64,000 bases of DNA, taken from an uncultured Chloroflexia bacterium (GTDB taxonomy: Bacteria > Chloroflexota > Chloroflexia > Thermomicrobiales > CFX8). The notes beneath the pieces were generated by a model. It worked only from the letters and a program-made list of their open reading frames with translations, was not told the origin of the DNA and searched no databases. Every line of letters starts with the position of its first letter. Position 1 is the stretch's first letter. Below are positions 1 to 10,682 of this stretch, piece after piece. Where the stretch lies: positions 197,509 through 261,508 of the forward strand of contig CAVPYN010000017.1 in NCBI GenBank assembly GCA_963709995.1, given 5' to 3'. Both the position numbers and the translations under genes were made by a program.

Positions 1-315
1 GCGCCAGAGTCGCCTCCTTCCAATCTCGCCCTGACACTCCAGTTTCTCGACTGGCTCGCGCATCAGCCCCGCAGCTATCAGCAAACAATGGACGCCTGGC
101 AGACGCACTGCCCACGTTTCACGATCTGGGAAGATGCCTATGACTTGGGGCTGGTACGTGTGCGACTGGCAAGCGGCAGCGGTGCGCTGCAAGTGGAGCT
201 GACTGCTACCGGGCGCAACTTCATTGCGTCGCAGGCTGAATCCGCCAGCAACACCTCTTTCCGAAAACAGCGAGGGGAGATTGGTGGTTCATGCTCCCGG
301 CCATCGTCGGGGTGA
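1..315 (+). CDS. conserved hypothetical protein, 5-prime end cut by the window edge
   Basis: The frame of ORF 88..315 stays open back to position 1 (APESPPSNLALTLQFLDWLAHQPRSYQQTMDAWQTHCPRFTIWEDAYDLGLVRV...). From memory it resembles a small conserved hypothetical family. It is convergent with nuoD. Confidence 0.4.
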   Translation, partial: APESPPSNLALTLQFLDWLAHQPRSYQQTMDAWQTHCPRFTIWEDAYDLGLVRVRLASGSGALQVELTATGRNFIASQAESASNTSFRKQRGEIGGSCSRPSSG

Positions 316-439
316 ACCTTGTGTGCACCCGCGAACCTATGCCTGCTCGTGGCCGGACGAAGACGAGCATCGCCCCGAGGATATCCCCAGATTTCGTCCT
401 CTTCGGCGCTCAGTATGTTTGAGATCCGGTGTAATCGCC

Positions 440-1682
440 CTACCGGTCGACCGAGCCAAGGACGATGTCGATCGTGCCGATCAGGGCGACGGAGTCGGCC
501 AGCATGGCCCCCTGGGCTATGTAGGGCAGCACCTGGAGGTTGACGAAGTCTGGCGTGCGGATACGCATACGGTAGGCATCGAGGTGCCGTCGGAGACGAT
601 GTAGTGGCCAAGTTCGCCCTTGGAGTGCTCGATGGCGCTGTAGACTTCGCCCTTCGGGGCGTTGAAGCCCTTGATCACCCAGACAAAGTGGCGCTGCATG
701 TCCTCGGCGGTCCGCAGGACGGTGTCGTGCGGGGGGATGACGTAGTTGGAGTCGTTCGCCATGATCGGGCCATCGGTACGGCATCTGGTCGAGACACTGG
801 CGGATGATCTTCAGCGTCTGGCGCAGTTCCTCCATGCGGACCAGATAGCGATCGTAGACATCGCCGTTGGTGCCGAGCGGCACTTCGAAATCGAGCCGGT
901 CGTAGATCAGGTAGGGCTGTGCCTTGCGGATGTCATAGTTGATCCCGCTACCGCGCAGGCACGCGCCGGTGAGTCCGTAGTCGAATCGCCGCCTCGGGCT
1001 CGATGACGCCGACACCACGCGTCCGGGCAATCCAGATCGGATTCTCGGAGAGCAGATCCTCCCAGTCCTGCTGCGCGACCGGGAATTCCACCAGGAACTG
1101 CTCGATCTTCTCGATGGTCGGGGCCTTGATGTCGCGGGAGAATCCACCGATCTCCATCATGTTCGTCGTCAGACGCGCGCCACAGAACTCCTCGAAAATG
1201 TCGAGGATTTTCTCGCGCTCGATGAAGGTGTAGAGCGCCATCGAAAGCGCGCCAATATCGAGCGCGTGAGTCCCGAGCCAGACCATGTGCGCGGCGATCC
1301 GGCTGAGTTCGGCCATCAGCACACGGATGTACTGAGCCCGCTCCGGGGCGACGATCCCGCAGAGCTTTTCGACGGCCAGGATGTAGCCGAGGTTGTTCAA
1401 CGGGGCGGCGGTGTAGTCTGTGCGATCAGTCCAGGGCGTGAACTGGCTGTAGCGCTTGTTTTCCCCGATCTTCTCAACACCCCGGTGAAGATAGCCGATA
1501 ATCGGATCGGCATGAACGATCGTCTCGCCGTCGAGCTTCAGCAGCAGCCTCATGACGCCATGCGTGGATGGATGTTGCGGCCCCATGTTGAGGACCATCT
1601 CGCGCCGCCCGCCGCCGAGATCACGCTCCTCGGTAACGTCCCAGGTTCCGAAACCGCTCGTTTCCTGCTCGGTCGTCGCCAT
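440..1682 (-). pseudogene. nuoD: NADH-quinone oxidoreductase subunit D (NuoD), split over three reading frames by at least 3 frameshifts
   Basis: The N-terminal 2/3 lies in ORF 948..1682 (MGPQHPSTHGVMRL, HRGVEK). It continues in the frame of 440..1147 (DYGLTGACLRGSGINYDIRKAQPYLIYD...CLDQMP), then in ORF 517..762 (DGPIMANDSNYVIPP...HYIVSDGTSMP). It returns to the 440..1147 frame for the C-terminus (YRMRIRTPDFVNLQVLPYIAQGAMLADSVALIGTIDIVLGSVDR). The junctions are near 983, 775 and 585. Confidence 0.85.
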
Positions 1683-1684
1683 AA

Positions 1685-2392
1685 TTAGAGCCTCCGGAAG
1701 TCCTTGACTCGCGGCGCTGCGCCATCTTCAAAACCGGGCTCGACATACTGGCTGTAGCCGCGAATCGGATAGTCCTTACGCAGCGGGTGACCCTCGTCCC
1801 AGTCATCTGCCAGAAGCATCCGGCGCAGGTCGGGGTGTCCATCGAAAGTGATGCCGAACATGTCATACGTCTCACGTTCCAGCCAGCCGGCTGCCGCATA
1901 CACGCTGGTAAGCGTCTCGATCGACTCACCATCCTCGATGCCAGCCTTGAGCCGTAAACGCCAGCGTTTCTTGATCGAGTAAAGCGTGGACACAACATCA
2001 AAGCGCGGCAGCGCGCGCAGTTTCAGCATGTCGACCGCCGTCAGATCGGAGAGCATCCTGTAGGCAAGATCTGGGTCGTCTCGCAAGAGCATGTGCGCGT
2101 CCACCCAAATTGAGGGTGCAAGCCGGATCGTCACTTCGTCTCGGAAGAAGACGATCTCCTCCACATCGTCGCCAAACGCAGCCACAAGCGCGACGTAGGC
2201 AGGATGATCCATCTGCAGCGGTCCCCAGAAACCAGTCAACACAAGGGAAGGATGGATCCTGGCAATGCCGGTCTTGTCATGCGCCTGTTCGGTGAGCTGC
2301 TGCTCCGCGATCTCGGTGAGCCACGGGTTGTCTTTCTCAATTGAGGCAGTGTCGGGGGTCGCGGTTGGCAGCAATTCCTCGCGGTCAGCCAT
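1685..2392 (-). CDS. nuoC: NADH-quinone oxidoreductase subunit C
   Basis: 235 aa carrying the NuoC/30-kDa subunit signature ([23 protein letters not shown]...[11 protein letters not shown]). It sits between nuoB and nuoD, 2 nt upstream of the nuoD start. Confidence 0.9.
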   Translation of the reverse strand: MADREELLPTATPDTASIEKDNPWLTEIAEQQLTEQAHDKTGIARIHPSLVLTGFWGPLQMDHPAYVALVAAFGDDVEEIVFFRDEVTIRLAPSIWVDAHMLLRDDPDLAYRMLSDLTAVDMLKLRALPRFDVVSTLYSIKKRWRLRLKAGIEDGESIETLTSVYAAAGWLERETYDMFGITFDGHPDLRRMLLADDWDEGHPLRKDYPIRGYSQYVEPGFEDGAAPRVKDFRRL

Positions 2393-2406
2393 CGTGAATC
2401 TCGCTC

Positions 2407-3000
2407 CTAGCGTGCCGTGGCCGCGACGGGGCGTCCCATCGCCGCGCTCGTATCAGCCCGCTCCTTCTCACGCAGCTGTTCTGCGGCATCCCGTCCCTCT
2501 TTGCGCAGCACGCGGTCATATTTGATGACCTTGTTCTGAAGTTCGAGGACGCCGTAGTAGAGGGCTTCAGGAACCGGCGGGCAACCGGGGACATAGACGT
2601 CGACCGGGATCACCTGATCGACGCCCTGAACGACAGCGTAGGTATCAAATGGGCCGCCGATGTTGGCGCACGAGCCCATCGATATGACCCACTTCGGCTC
2701 GGACATCTGGTCATAGAGCGTCCGCACGACCGGCGCCATCTTCTTGGTCACCGTGCCGGCGACGATCATGAGATCAGCCTGTCGAGGCGAAGCGCGGAAC
2801 AACATGCCGAATCGCTCGCCCATGTCGAATCGCGGCTGCATCGCGGCGATCATCTCGATCGCGCAGCAGGCCAGGCCGAACTGGAGCCACCACAAGCTCG
2901 AACGTCGCGCCCAGTTGAAGACCCAATCAACCGACGTTGTCAGGACATTCTCTTCGAATCGGTTTTCCATCAGACCCATTCGAGAGCTCCCTTTCTCCAC
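2407..3000 (-). CDS. nuoB: NADH-quinone oxidoreductase subunit B
   Basis: Carries [20 protein letters not shown] and PGCPP cluster-N2 motifs. The start is ambiguous: an ATG at 2970 overlaps the nuoA stop (TGATG) and an ATG at 2979 is also possible. Confidence 0.9.
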   Translation of the reverse strand: MEKGSSRMGLMENRFEENVLTTSVDWVFNWARRSSLWWLQFGLACCAIEMIAAMQPRFDMGERFGMLFRASPRQADLMIVAGTVTKKMAPVVRTLYDQMSEPKWVISMGSCANIGGPFDTYAVVQGVDQVIPVDVYVPGCPPVPEALYYGVLELQNKVIKYDRVLRKEGRDAAEQLREKERADTSAAMGRPVAATAR

Positions 3001-3344
3001 TCGTAGGCGAGCCCGCCAAGCAGCAGGGCGATGAACACTACCGCCTGGATGTAGCCGTATAACCCCAGGGCATCAAATGCAACGGCCCATGGGAACAGGA
3101 AGATCGCCTCAATATCGAAGACGACAAAAAGGAGAGCCACAACATAGAAGCGTGGCGTATAGCGCTGCCGAGGCGGTTCAATGCCGGGAATGCCTGACTC
3201 GTACGGAGCCTGCTTTCGCGCATTGGGACGGTTCGGGCGAAATAGCGTGCCGAGGAGCAGGAGCGACCCACCCATGGCCACGGCAAGGATCAATGCAACC
3301 CCGATGATCGCGTAACCTTCTAGCACGACTCGCTTCGCTCCCAT
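2970..3344 (-). CDS. nuoA: NADH-quinone oxidoreductase subunit A
   Basis: 124 aa with three hydrophobic helices and the YESGI...FDIE..FLFPWA motif. It is the first gene of the cluster. Confidence 0.85.
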   Translation of the reverse strand: MGAKRVVLEGYAIIGVALILAVAMGGSLLLLGTLFRPNRPNARKQAPYESGIPGIEPPRQRYTPRFYVVALLFVVFDIEAIFLFPWAVAFDALGLYGYIQAVVFIALLLGGLAYEWRKGALEWV

Positions 3345-3392
3345 CTATCATCGTCGCCCGCGCTGGCGCAGCTTCGCGAAGAACTATAGCAC

Positions 3393-4034
3393 TCAGCCCC
3401 TGGCAAACAGTGGGCAGGACAGGCAGTACGGCAGGAGCCGGTATGGCTCGCTGACCGGCGCTGGAACTCCCGATTCCTGAAGCAGTTCAATCGCGACGGC
3501 CAGTGGCAATCCGACCACGTTACAGTAACAACCATCGAAGTGGGCGACCGGAACAAACTCCTGATCCTGGATTGCGTAGCCGCCGGCCTTGTCGAAAGGT
3601 GTTCCGCGTTGAATCGAATCGGCGATTTCATCGTCCGCGTACGGCCTCATCGTGACCCGCGTCGTCGTCGAGCCGACGCGCAACTGTCCCTGTTTGCTAA
3701 CCACCGCGACACCGGTTGTCACCTCGTGTGCGCGTCCGCGCAACTCCTGCAACATCGCAATCGCCCCGGCCGCATCCTCAGGCTTTCCCAGCAAACGGCC
3801 ATCCAGGCAAACGATCGTATCGGCGGCGAGAACCGGAGTGCCAGGATTCCGGCTAGCGACGACGCTGGCCTTGGCCCGTGCCAGTGCGCGAGCGAACGCC
3901 TCGGGGTTGTCTACAGATCCGGGCGCGGGCTCATCAATGTCAGCTGGAATGATGGTGAATTGCAGCCCAAGCATCTCAACGAATGCGCGTCGGCGTGGTG
4001 ATCCCGATGCGAGAATAATTCGCGCCATCATCAA
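3393..4034 (-). CDS. maf: Maf-like nucleoside triphosphate pyrophosphatase (septum formation protein Maf)
   Basis: ILASGSPRRR at the N-terminus and a KAGGYAIQ motif. Its start overlaps the stop of the upstream methyltransferase (ATGA-type overlap at 4031-4034). Confidence 0.85.
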   Translation of the reverse strand: MMMARIILASGSPRRRAFVEMLGLQFTIIPADIDEPAPGSVDNPEAFARALARAKASVVASRNPGTPVLAADTIVCLDGRLLGKPEDAAGAIAMLQELRGRAHEVTTGVAVVSKQGQLRVGSTTTRVTMRPYADDEIADSIQRGTPFDKAGGYAIQDQEFVPVAHFDGCYCNVVGLPLAVAIELLQESGVPAPVSEPYRLLPYCLSCPLFARG

Positions 4035-5236
4035 TCCGCAAGTTCGAGTGTGGAAACCGATTCGATGTGATATGTCTGCGGGAACATGTCGACCGGCGTC
4101 ACGTCCAGCAGGTTGTAGCCGCCATCAATCAACGTGCGCAGGTCTCGGGCCAGGGTAGAGGGATTACACGAAACATAGATCAACTTTGCTGGCCGGAACT
4201 TCAGCACGGCGCGAAGCGTTCGCTTGTGACATCCGGAGCGGGGTGGATCGAGAATAATCGCGTCCGGCGTTATGTCGAGCGTATCAAGCACGTGTTCGAC
4301 TTTGCCCTGGTGATACTCGATGTTTTCGATTCCGGCGACGTTCTTCCTCGCGTCGATCACAGCCGACGCCGCCTCTTCGATCGCGATGACCGAGCGGGCA
4401 TGCGGAGCCAGCAACAGGGCAAACGTGCCGACGCCAGCGTAAGCGTCAACCACCGTCTCTGTCCCGCCCAGGGACAATTTCTCGCGCACCAGTTGGATCA
4501 ATGCCTCCGCCTGCTTCGTATTGGTCTGGAAGAATGATGGCGCCGAAACGGTGAAGCGAGCGCCAAGCAATTCCTCATCGTAGCCGGGCTGACCAGACTC
4601 AATCGCAGTCGTCCGCTCACTCACATCAGGCTGGATGAACAGATCTCCCGTGTTCTCTCCCAGGCGAATAACGACCTGATGGAGCCCGGCACCGTGTCCC
4701 TGGAGTTCTTTCAGCATTTGGTTGATGGCCGGGTTCATGATCATGCACTGATCAATTCTCAGAAACTCGCGCCCGCCCGGACCTCGGGTAATGAAGCCGA
4801 GACTTCCATTTTCATCAGTCGAAAAACGCGCGTTGTTGCGATAGCTGTACGGGTTAGATGAGCCCACCATTGCCGAAACCGGCGGTGATTCGATCTTTCC
4901 AATCCGGCGGAGTTGATCGTGAATGACATGTTGCTTGAGGCGTAGTTGCTCTTCATACTCGATGTGCTGCCACTGGCATCCCCCACACCTGCCGAAGTAC
5001 GGGCATGGCGGTTCGACCCTGCTTCCGGCCGGGGAGAGAACGTCAATAACTCGCCCCTCCACGAAGTGCCGTTTCGTAGACTCGATCCGAACGATGACTT
5101 CTTCCCCCGGGATGCCGTAATCAGCGAAGACGACGCGTCCATCGGCGCGCCCCAACGCTGCGCCCTCGAAGGCCATGTCATCCAGAGTCAGCTGAATCGT
5201 TTCTTGCCCGGTGCTTTCTGCAGTCTTTGTGCTCAT
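4031..5236 (-). CDS. 23S rRNA (uracil-C5)-methyltransferase, RumA/TrmA family, with an N-terminal TRAM domain
   Basis: TRAM-like N-terminus, a Cys cluster (CPYFGRCGGCQWQH), a SAM motif (DAYAGVGTFAL) and the catalytic region (DPPRSG...YVSCNP). Confidence 0.8.
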   Translation of the reverse strand: MSTKTAESTGQETIQLTLDDMAFEGAALGRADGRVVFADYGIPGEEVIVRIESTKRHFVEGRVIDVLSPAGSRVEPPCPYFGRCGGCQWQHIEYEEQLRLKQHVIHDQLRRIGKIESPPVSAMVGSSNPYSYRNNARFSTDENGSLGFITRGPGGREFLRIDQCMIMNPAINQMLKELQGHGAGLHQVVIRLGENTGDLFIQPDVSERTTAIESGQPGYDEELLGARFTVSAPSFFQTNTKQAEALIQLVREKLSLGGTETVVDAYAGVGTFALLLAPHARSVIAIEEAASAVIDARKNVAGIENIEYHQGKVEHVLDTLDITPDAIILDPPRSGCHKRTLRAVLKFRPAKLIYVSCNPSTLARDLRTLIDGGYNLLDVTPVDMFPQTYHIESVSTLELAD

Positions 5237-5338
5237 TACCTGTCAAGTGTATGCCGAGACGTCCGGCGTCTGCCAATCACGGCATGGCGCGTTCGGTTGC
5301 GGAAGTCACTTGGCCGCCAGTTAGTTTCACAGAGGAGA

Positions 5339-8074
5339 TCAGGCATCTCGTATTGCCAGCGAAACGGCGTCCCCAATGCTTACCAACGTGCCCGGCGCTG
5401 GCGTCTGGAAGTACACCTGACCAACCGAGACGATCGTGATATCGAGGCCCGGCGGCAGATCAGCCTGGGTGAGATAGACAACATCGCCAACCTCAAGACC
5501 ACGAGATGACAGGGCAGCGATGGCTTGATTAAGCGAAAGGCCCTGCACGTTAGGAACTCGAGCCTGACCAGATCCCGGTGGACCACCCGAGTCCGTCGGC
5601 GATGGTGATGGCGACGGTGTCGGGGTCGGCGTCGGGAACGCTGTCGATGTTGGTCTTGCAGTGGCCGCCGGGCGCGAGGTTGCCGTCGGCGACGCCGCTG
5701 GAATTCCGGTTGGTGTCGCGGTTGGTTCCACGGCGTTTTCAGCAACGCCGATGCCACCGTCCACCGCGCTGGCGTAGTCGATAAGCGCGGCCTGCGCTGC
5801 ATCGGTAAATGATCCCGCATCCACGCTCACGGCGAACAGGGCAGCCTGCAACTCCTCCCACTCTCCGGCCGTCAGTTGATCACAGCGCACCGCAGGTCTA
5901 GCGTTCTGGTCCACCAGGACGGTCATCGACGAGTCAGCCGGACGCGCCAACCCTCCGGTTGACCGGCACACGTCAAGGCTGATCAATCCATCCGGCACTG
6001 AAAACGCGCGGGCGGGGGTCGTGCCGCGGGCTCCGGCGAGCGTCCCATCGAATGCTCCACTATGCGCGGCAACCATTACATCGTGAAAGATCGGGGCTGC
6101 GCCAACGGCCCCATCGAGCTCACGCAGGGGAAGATTGGAACTGTTGCCTACCCAGACGCCAACGACGAAATCCGGAGAGTAGCCAACGGTCCAATTGTCA
6201 AACCAGTCAAATGACGTTCCCGTCTTCACCGCAACCGGAATACCATTGAGCTCTGGAAATTCGAGCGGCCCCCCTTCCCCGTAGGCAGGCAATCGCGCTT
6301 CGTCGTCGCTCAGAATATCGCTGATCAGGTAGGCAGTTTCTGGTCTGATAACCTGCTGGCCCTGATTTTCTCGAACTGCTTCGTCGAGGCTGAAAATCGA
6401 TTCACCTCCACGGTCAATGATCTCGAGAATCGCATTTGGCATGACATAGCGGCCGCCATTCGCAAATGTGGCGTATGTACTGGTCAACTCCAGCGGTGAA
6501 ACCTCGCCTGCCCCGAGGGCCAAGGCAAGTCCATAGAAATCCAGCCCGCGCCAGAGTCCGGTTCGAACGCCAAGCTGGTGTGCAAGGTCGATCGTCGGGC
6601 CAATGCCAGCCATGTCAAGCGTCTTGACCGCCGGAACGTTGATCGAGCGGGCCAACGCCTCACGGGCAGAGACCGGGCCATAGTGCCGATGGGTAGTGTT
6701 CTGTGGAACGAACATGGGCGAAGGCGCCCCGGGCGTCGAATACTGAACTGGATAATCCAGGATGACTTGTGCCGGACTCCAACCCTGCTCGAAGGCGGAC
6801 GCGTAGACGACCGGCATGAAGGCGGAGCCAGGTTGCCGCTCCGACGTCGCAACATTGAATTGACCGGAAATCGAGTCATCGAAGTAGTCGCTGGATCCAA
6901 CCATGGCGACGATCTCGCTCGTGCCGGGTAGCATGGCAACGACCGCGCCATTGTTCGCGTCGAAAGCATCGAGTGTCTGGAGATGACTGGAAAGGGCACG
7001 CTCGGCTTCCTCCTGCAAGGCGAGATCGAGCGTTGTACGCACCGACAGCCCGCCGCGATAGACCAGTTCCGCGCCCAGCCGGGCCTCCAGATCGCCGATA
7101 ACGTAGTTCACCCAGTGTGGCGCGAGGATCTCCGCGCTCTGTCGGGGATAGATAACGAGAACTTCCTGCCAGGCCGCCTCGGCTTCCTGGCGGTTGATTG
7201 ACCCGGCTTCCACCATCTGATCCAGCACATACCGCTGGCGTGCCTTTGCCGCGGCCAGGTTGACCGTCGGATCGTAGGCGCTTGGAGCCTGGGGGAGACC
7301 GGCGAGCAACGACGCTTCTGCAAGCGTCAACTCAGACGGAGCCTTGTCGAAATACGCCCTCGCGGCAGCGTCGATCCCGTATGCCCGATTACCGTAATAG
7401 ATCGTATTGAAGTACAGCTCGAGGATCTCGTCCTTGCTATACGCCTGGGTAAACTGCGTCGCAACGATAGCTTCGCGCAGCTTCCGGTCCAACGATCGTT
7501 CATAGCCGATCGTGTCAGGATAGAGCTGCCGGACAAGCTGCTGGGTGATCGTCGATCCACCAGAGCGCCCGTCACCTGTCAGCGTGATATATACCCCGCG
7601 AATGATCGCGATTGGATCGATGCCGAAGTTGCTCCAAAATGTGCGATCTTCCGCGGCGATGGTGGCGTCCACCAACACCATGTTTTCTCCGTTTCCAGTG
7701 ATGTCTTCAAGGGTGCTGTAGGTGCGGAACCCGGTAAGCGGATCATTGACTTCGTACAGTAGATTCCAATTGCGGTCGTAGATCCGGGTGGTTTCAAACT
7801 GACGCGCTTCGACCGCGCTCAATTCAGGGAGATCGGCGCTGAAATAGTTCCAGATAGACAGGCCGGCCACAATCGCCACCAGCAACATCGCGGCGAGCAT
7901 CGAACCGGCAAAGACGACCGCGATCCCGAGCGTCCGGAAGAGCGTAATTCCCCGCCGCGCGGCGCGGTGCGACCGGGCAACACGTAACGACGCTAGCCGC
8001 GCCGCCCGAGACTGGCGCGACCCGCGTCTCGCAAGACCTCTTCGAGATGTTCGCCGGATTCGTCGCCGCACCAT
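5339..8074 (-). CDS. class A penicillin-binding protein (transglycosylase/transpeptidase) with a Pro/Thr-rich linker and a C-terminal PASTA domain
   Basis: An N-terminal TM helix, GT51 motifs (EDRTFWSNFGIDP, GGSTITQQL) and a transpeptidase SxxK-type region (PGSAFMP). These are followed by KTGT, a PTPTPSPSPSP linker and a PASTA-like tail (VPNVQGLSLNQAIAALSSRGLEV). Confidence 0.85.
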   Translation of the reverse strand: MVRRRIRRTSRRGLARRGSRQSRAARLASLRVARSHRAARRGITLFRTLGIAVVFAGSMLAAMLLVAIVAGLSIWNYFSADLPELSAVEARQFETTRIYDRNWNLLYEVNDPLTGFRTYSTLEDITGNGENMVLVDATIAAEDRTFWSNFGIDPIAIIRGVYITLTGDGRSGGSTITQQLVRQLYPDTIGYERSLDRKLREAIVATQFTQAYSKDEILELYFNTIYYGNRAYGIDAAARAYFDKAPSELTLAEASLLAGLPQAPSAYDPTVNLAAAKARQRYVLDQMVEAGSINRQEAEAAWQEVLVIYPRQSAEILAPHWVNYVIGDLEARLGAELVYRGGLSVRTTLDLALQEEAERALSSHLQTLDAFDANNGAVVAMLPGTSEIVAMVGSSDYFDDSISGQFNVATSERQPGSAFMPVVYASAFEQGWSPAQVILDYPVQYSTPGAPSPMFVPQNTTHRHYGPVSAREALARSINVPAVKTLDMAGIGPTIDLAHQLGVRTGLWRGLDFYGLALALGAGEVSPLELTSTYATFANGGRYVMPNAILEIIDRGGESIFSLDEAVRENQGQQVIRPETAYLISDILSDDEARLPAYGEGGPLEFPELNGIPVAVKTGTSFDWFDNWTVGYSPDFVVGVWVGNSSNLPLRELDGAVGAAPIFHDVMVAAHSGAFDGTLAGARGTTPARAFSVPDGLISLDVCRSTGGLARPADSSMTVLVDQNARPAVRCDQLTAGEWEELQAALFAVSVDAGSFTDAAQAALIDYASAVDGGIGVAENAVEPTATPTGIPAASPTATSRPAATARPTSTAFPTPTPTPSPSPSPTDSGGPPGSGQARVPNVQGLSLNQAIAALSSRGLEVGDVVYLTQADLPPGLDITIVSVGQVYFQTPAPGTLVSIGDAVSLAIRDA

Positions 8075-8230
8075 CTGTGTCTCATCGAATCTGCCGGACG
8101 GACCAACGACCGTACAAGCCTACAACGCCACAAGGAGTGACGTGACCGTACTCCCGGCTCTCCCGCATGGAGCCACCCCATCTTGATTCAGATGTTCATG
8201 TCACCCGGAACCTCGTAGTTTGACTACGGG

Positions 8231-9316
8231 CTAGTGTGCTTCCGATTCCGGATCGCGTCCAATCATGAAGGCGTAGTCTCCGGCCTCGATCCGTGTCACC
8301 GCGCCGCGCAGCAAGACGAGCAACGACCGTTCAAACGGCGCGTACAACCCTTCCAGGGTTTCGAACGTTTGGGCGTTCACGACGACGCCAAGCAACGACC
8401 CACCCTCGACCACAGTGCCAAGTTGATCGACCCCAACATCCGGCACGAGCAACCCACCGTGGTGCGGGCGGAGGATGGCAAGTTCGTCGATGACTTTCTT
8501 CGGCCCGAAGTCGACGACCGGCCCGTCCAGTACGCCAGCGACCCGTAGCGCGTTCTTCAAGCCTTCAAGTGTCCGGTCCACGTAGATCTCATCGGCAAGC
8601 ACGCCGCCTCCAAACTCCGTTACGACACATCGGATGCCTCGCTTCACTGCTTCAGCGCTCAACGTGCCCTCGTATCCCAGTCCTCGATAGAGAATCGGCG
8701 TGTTGAATGCTCGCGACAAAGCTTCGTCGTTGTCGATATAGGCGTAGTCAACGGTCGCCAATGCGCCGCCGGCGTGAAGATCTAGAAGGACGTCAAGGTC
8801 GCCGAGGAACCCATCGACGAACGCCTGGCCAAGCTGTTCCGTCAGCCAGCCATCGGCATCGCCGGGGAAGACCCGGTTGAGGTTCTGCATGTCCTGTGGC
8901 GTGTGGCGGGTATGAGATTGGAATGCGAGCGGATTCACCACCGGCGCGACAACCAGACGGCCTTTGATGTCCTCGGGGCGGATGCCCGCGAGCAAGCGTC
9001 GCACGGCTTCGACCGGGGTGACCTCGTCCCCATGAATCGAGGCAGTTATGCCAACGGTTGGGCCGGGCCGCTGTCCACGAATTTCGTGTATGGCGATTCT
9101 CAGGGGCAAGCCCGTCGAAAGCGTCCCGACATCTATCCAGCGAAGACTGCCTGCTCCTGACACGGGTACCCCATCTCGTGATAAATCGTCTGACTTGAAC
9201 TCAGGCCGGCCCTTTTTGCGCTGACCGGCGCTGGCGATCATCTGCCCGATCTGGCGGCTAGATATGCATGCCCGCGCGCCATCATCTAGGATCTTACCTG
9301 CCATATGCCGTGACAT
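8231..9316 (-). CDS. succinylglutamate desuccinylase/aspartoacylase (AstE/AspA) family deacylase
   Basis: Zinc-site-like SIHGDEVTP, DLHAGG and an overall M14-like layout. The start codon is uncertain because internal Met codons are available. Confidence 0.7.
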   Translation of the reverse strand: MSRHMAGKILDDGARACISSRQIGQMIASAGQRKKGRPEFKSDDLSRDGVPVSGAGSLRWIDVGTLSTGLPLRIAIHEIRGQRPGPTVGITASIHGDEVTPVEAVRRLLAGIRPEDIKGRLVVAPVVNPLAFQSHTRHTPQDMQNLNRVFPGDADGWLTEQLGQAFVDGFLGDLDVLLDLHAGGALATVDYAYIDNDEALSRAFNTPILYRGLGYEGTLSAEAVKRGIRCVVTEFGGGVLADEIYVDRTLEGLKNALRVAGVLDGPVVDFGPKKVIDELAILRPHHGGLLVPDVGVDQLGTVVEGGSLLGVVVNAQTFETLEGLYAPFERSLLVLLRGAVTRIEAGDYAFMIGRDPESEAH

Positions 9317-9339
9317 GAGAGATTGGGAGACGGATCAGG

Positions 9340-10368
9340 ATGAGCGGACAGGATGCGTCGATTCGTAACACCGAAGCCTATTACCACGTCGTGCTTGAGC
9401 GCATTCCGCCGCGCGCCACACCAGCCTTCCACGAGCCAGAGATGCAGGAGCGGGTCTGGGGACAGAGGTGGGGCGTCCTGAATGATGTCGGGACGCTGAA
9501 GGTCGTCGCCTTGCACCGGCCCGGCGCTGAAATGGAAAACATTGACCCGGACAAGTATGACGACACCATCGAAGCGCTGATCGACGATCATGAGCAATGG
9601 TACTGGCGGGACGTCAATCCACCCGACATCCCGTTGATGCAGAGGCAACACGACGGGCTGCGGGCTGCGCTAGAGGCCGAAGGCGTGAGCATAGTCGATG
9701 TTGGAGGATCAGACGGCGACGTCAAAGCAGTCTTCACTCGCGACATGGCCATTGCGATCAACGGCGGCGCAATCATCTGTCGCATGGGACCGGTCGGTGT
9801 ACCGTTCGGCTATGGACGGCGCGGCGAAGAAGCCTATGTCACGCGTGTGCTCGCCAATCTCGGCATGCCGATCATCAGAACGATAGCCGGGACCGGGCTG
9901 CTTGAGGGAGGGTCGTTCTGTTTTCTGAACGAGTCGACAGCCGCGGTCGGGATGTCATTTCGCCAGAATGCGGAAGGTGCGAGGCAGCTTGAGGAAGCTC
10001 TCGCCGTCACCGGAGTGAGGCTCATTTGCGTTCCGCTCACCGGTCACGCGCTGCACCTTGATGGCGGAATCGTGATGGTGGATTATGACAAGGCATTGAC
10101 TAACATAACCAGGCTGCCGTACTGGTTCTTGGACGAACTCAACAGCCTTGGAATCCAGGCCGTCCATGCCTGGCCAGGTGAGGGCCACGCCGTAAACTCG
10201 CTTGCGGTGCGGCCCGGGCGAATCCTCATTTCCGAGGGCGCGCCACGCACGGTCGAACGCCTCCACGCGGCGGGTGTCGAAACCGTCGAAGTTGAATACA
10301 GCGAAGTGAGAAAGAATGGGGGCGGCATTCACTGCTCGACGCTTCCACTGCTTCGCGACGCCAGCTAG
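9340..10368 (+). CDS. amidinotransferase/guanidino-group-modifying enzyme superfamily protein
   Basis: C-terminal GGGIHCSTLPL (catalytic Cys context of the amidinotransferase/ADI/DDAH fold). It is divergent from the AstE-like gene. Confidence 0.7.
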   Translation: MSGQDASIRNTEAYYHVVLERIPPRATPAFHEPEMQERVWGQRWGVLNDVGTLKVVALHRPGAEMENIDPDKYDDTIEALIDDHEQWYWRDVNPPDIPLMQRQHDGLRAALEAEGVSIVDVGGSDGDVKAVFTRDMAIAINGGAIICRMGPVGVPFGYGRRGEEAYVTRVLANLGMPIIRTIAGTGLLEGGSFCFLNESTAAVGMSFRQNAEGARQLEEALAVTGVRLICVPLTGHALHLDGGIVMVDYDKALTNITRLPYWFLDELNSLGIQAVHAWPGEGHAVNSLAVRPGRILISEGAPRTVERLHAAGVETVEVEYSEVRKNGGGIHCSTLPLLRDAS

Positions 10369-10613
10369 ATGATCCTGAGGCGACATGTGCCGGACAGCGA
10401 TGATAGGCGCTATTTCCTTGTCATCTTGACGGTACGCCCCCATCGAGATGATGCAACACGAAATCCGGCCGTTTCCGTCTCGACCTGCTCCCGAACGCTA
10501 GTTAACCACGATCGCGTCGCAGCTACCGGGAATGGGAATTAACCGAAACGAATTCGTATGACCGGCAGATGTTGCAGAATGCGATGAAAGCGAAGATCGA
10601 CCGTCATCGACGG

Positions 10614-10648
10614 CGAACCCGCCGGGGCGACTGGCCCACCGGCGGGTT
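10614..10648. terminator. stem-loop between convergent genes (11-bp perfect stem)
   Basis: GAACCCGCCGG-N13-CCGGCGGGTTC lies between the ends of 9340..10368 (+) and 10683..11036 (-). There is no clear U-tract on either strand. Confidence 0.4.
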
Positions 10649-10682
10649 CACAATGACCAAAGCGATCAAGCTATTGGATGGT

